Assembly: GCF_022045235.1 (NCBI RefSeq)
Contig: NW_027266275.1
Location: forward strand, 81,592,001-81,656,000
DNA from: Haliotis cracherodii
Taxonomy: Eukaryota
Direction: 5' to 3'
DNA length: 64,000 bases
Numbering within the stretch: position 1 is the stretch's first letter; each line of letters opens with the position of its first letter. Below, piece after piece: positions 62,801 through 64,000 of the stretch. Under the pieces are notes generated by a model. The model had not been told where the DNA came from, searched no databases, and saw only the letters and a list, made by a program, of their open reading frames with translations. The translations under genes were made by a program, and so were the position numbers.

Positions 62801-64000
62801 ATTGTTTCTGTTGAACAAGAACATCCAAGAGAAGTAATTGAGGAAACATTTGAAGAACCGGAAACATACAAAGAAGTAGTTGAGGATGTTGAGCCAGAAG
62901 CTGTTGTTGCTGAAACAGTTGAGGAAGAAGCACCCGAATCTTTCATGGATACAGTAGAACAAGAGAAGGCAGAGAGCATTGTTTCTGTTGAACAAGAACA
63001 TCCAAGAGAAGTAATTGAGGAAACATTTGAAGAACCGGAAGCATACAAAGAAGTAGTTGAGGATGTTGAGCCAGAAGCTGTTGTTACTGAAACAGTTGAG
63101 GAAGAAGTACCAGAATCTTTCATGGATACAGTTGAACAAGAGAAGGCAGAGAGCATTGTTTCTGTTGAACATGAACGTCCACGAGAAGCTATTGAGGAAA
63201 CATTCGAAGAACCGGAAGCATACAAAGAAGTAGTTGAGGATGTTGAGTCAGAAGCTGTTGTTGCTGAAACAGTTGAGGAGGAAGAAACACCCGAATCTTT
63301 CATGGATACAGTAGAACAAGAGAAGGCAGAGAGCATTGTTTCTGTTGAACAAGAACATCCAAGAGAAGCTATTGAGGAAACATTTGAAGAACCGGAAGCA
63401 TACAAAGAAGTAGTTGAGGAGGTTGTGCCAGAAGCTGTTGTTGCTGAAACAGTTGAGGAAGAAGCACCCGAATCTTTCATGGATACAGTAGAACAAGAGA
63501 AGGCAGAGAGCATTGTTTCTGTTGAACAAGAACATCCACGAGAAGTAATTGAGGAAACATTTGAAGAACCGGAAGCATACAAAGAAGGAGTTGAGGATGT
63601 TGAGTCAGAAGCTGTTGTTGCTGAATCAGTTGAGGAAGAAGTACCAGAATCTTTCATGGATACAGTAGAACAAGAGAAGGCAGAGAGCATTGTTTCTGTT
63701 GAACAAGAACATCCAAGAGAAGTAATTGAGGAAACATTTGAAGAACCGGAAGCATACAAAGAAGTAGTTGAGGATGTTGAGCCAGAAGCTGTTGTTACTG
63801 AAACAGTTGAGGAAGAAGTACCAGAATCTTTCATGGATACAGTTGAACAAGAGAAGGCAGAGAGCATTGTTTCTGTTGAACATGAACGTCCACGAGAAGC
63901 TATTGAGGAAACATTCGAAGAACCGGAAGCATACAAAGAAGTAGTTGAGGATGTTGAGCCAGAAGCTGTTGTTGCTGAAACAGTTGAGGAGGAAGAAACA
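59835..64000 (+). CDS. ANK2: Ankyrin giant exon 2 (>4.1 kb, 3' end outside window), Glu/Val/Thr-rich with 59-aa tandem repeats
   Basis: CACTAAC at 59765, pyrimidine tract, gcAG|CAG tandem acceptor (59835 or 59838), phase 1. GKEVSESKYQEEVSEIVTRE... reads in the same frame at the start, through the repeats and at base 64000 with no stop seen. Confidence 0.9.
62366..64000 (+). repeat. Coding tandem repeat, 177-nt (59-aa) unit, 9 full copies plus start of a 10th
   Basis: GAAGCTGTTGTT at 62366, 62543, 62720, 62897, 63074, 63251, 63431, 63608, 63785, 63962. Confidence 0.96.

Noticed and set aside
59863-63936. Ser-rich and Phe/Leu-rich minus-strand ORFs up to 594 aa
   Set aside because: Antisense shadows of the Glu-rich giant exon 2.

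Overview
Eukaryotic (metazoan) genomic DNA, probably a gastropod mollusc such as Haliotis (inferred only from the SINE repertoire). The window covers the middle and 3' part of one large + strand ankyrin gene (ANK1/2/3, Drosophila Ank2, unc-44 family). The ANK-repeat exons lie upstream of the window. I can splice, in consistent phase, the ZU5-A, ZU5-B, UPA and death-domain exons (7200-28590). After them comes a modular C-terminal region: about 10 symmetric phase-1/phase-1 cassette exons (18 nt to 2.4 kb), candidate microexons and candidate alternative last exons. It includes two giant repeat-bearing exons: 48640-51021 (coiled coil plus 39 x 9-aa repeats) and 59835->64000 (Glu-rich, at least 9 x 59-aa repeats). 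The second runs off the window and is missing from the ORF track. No giant exon sits at the vertebrate position between UPA and the death domain. Introns carry several SINE families, Tc1/mariner MITEs and transposase remnants, minisatellites and one assembly gap (8949-9177). All exon calls come from splice signals, phase and protein plausibility; none is confirmed by transcript data.
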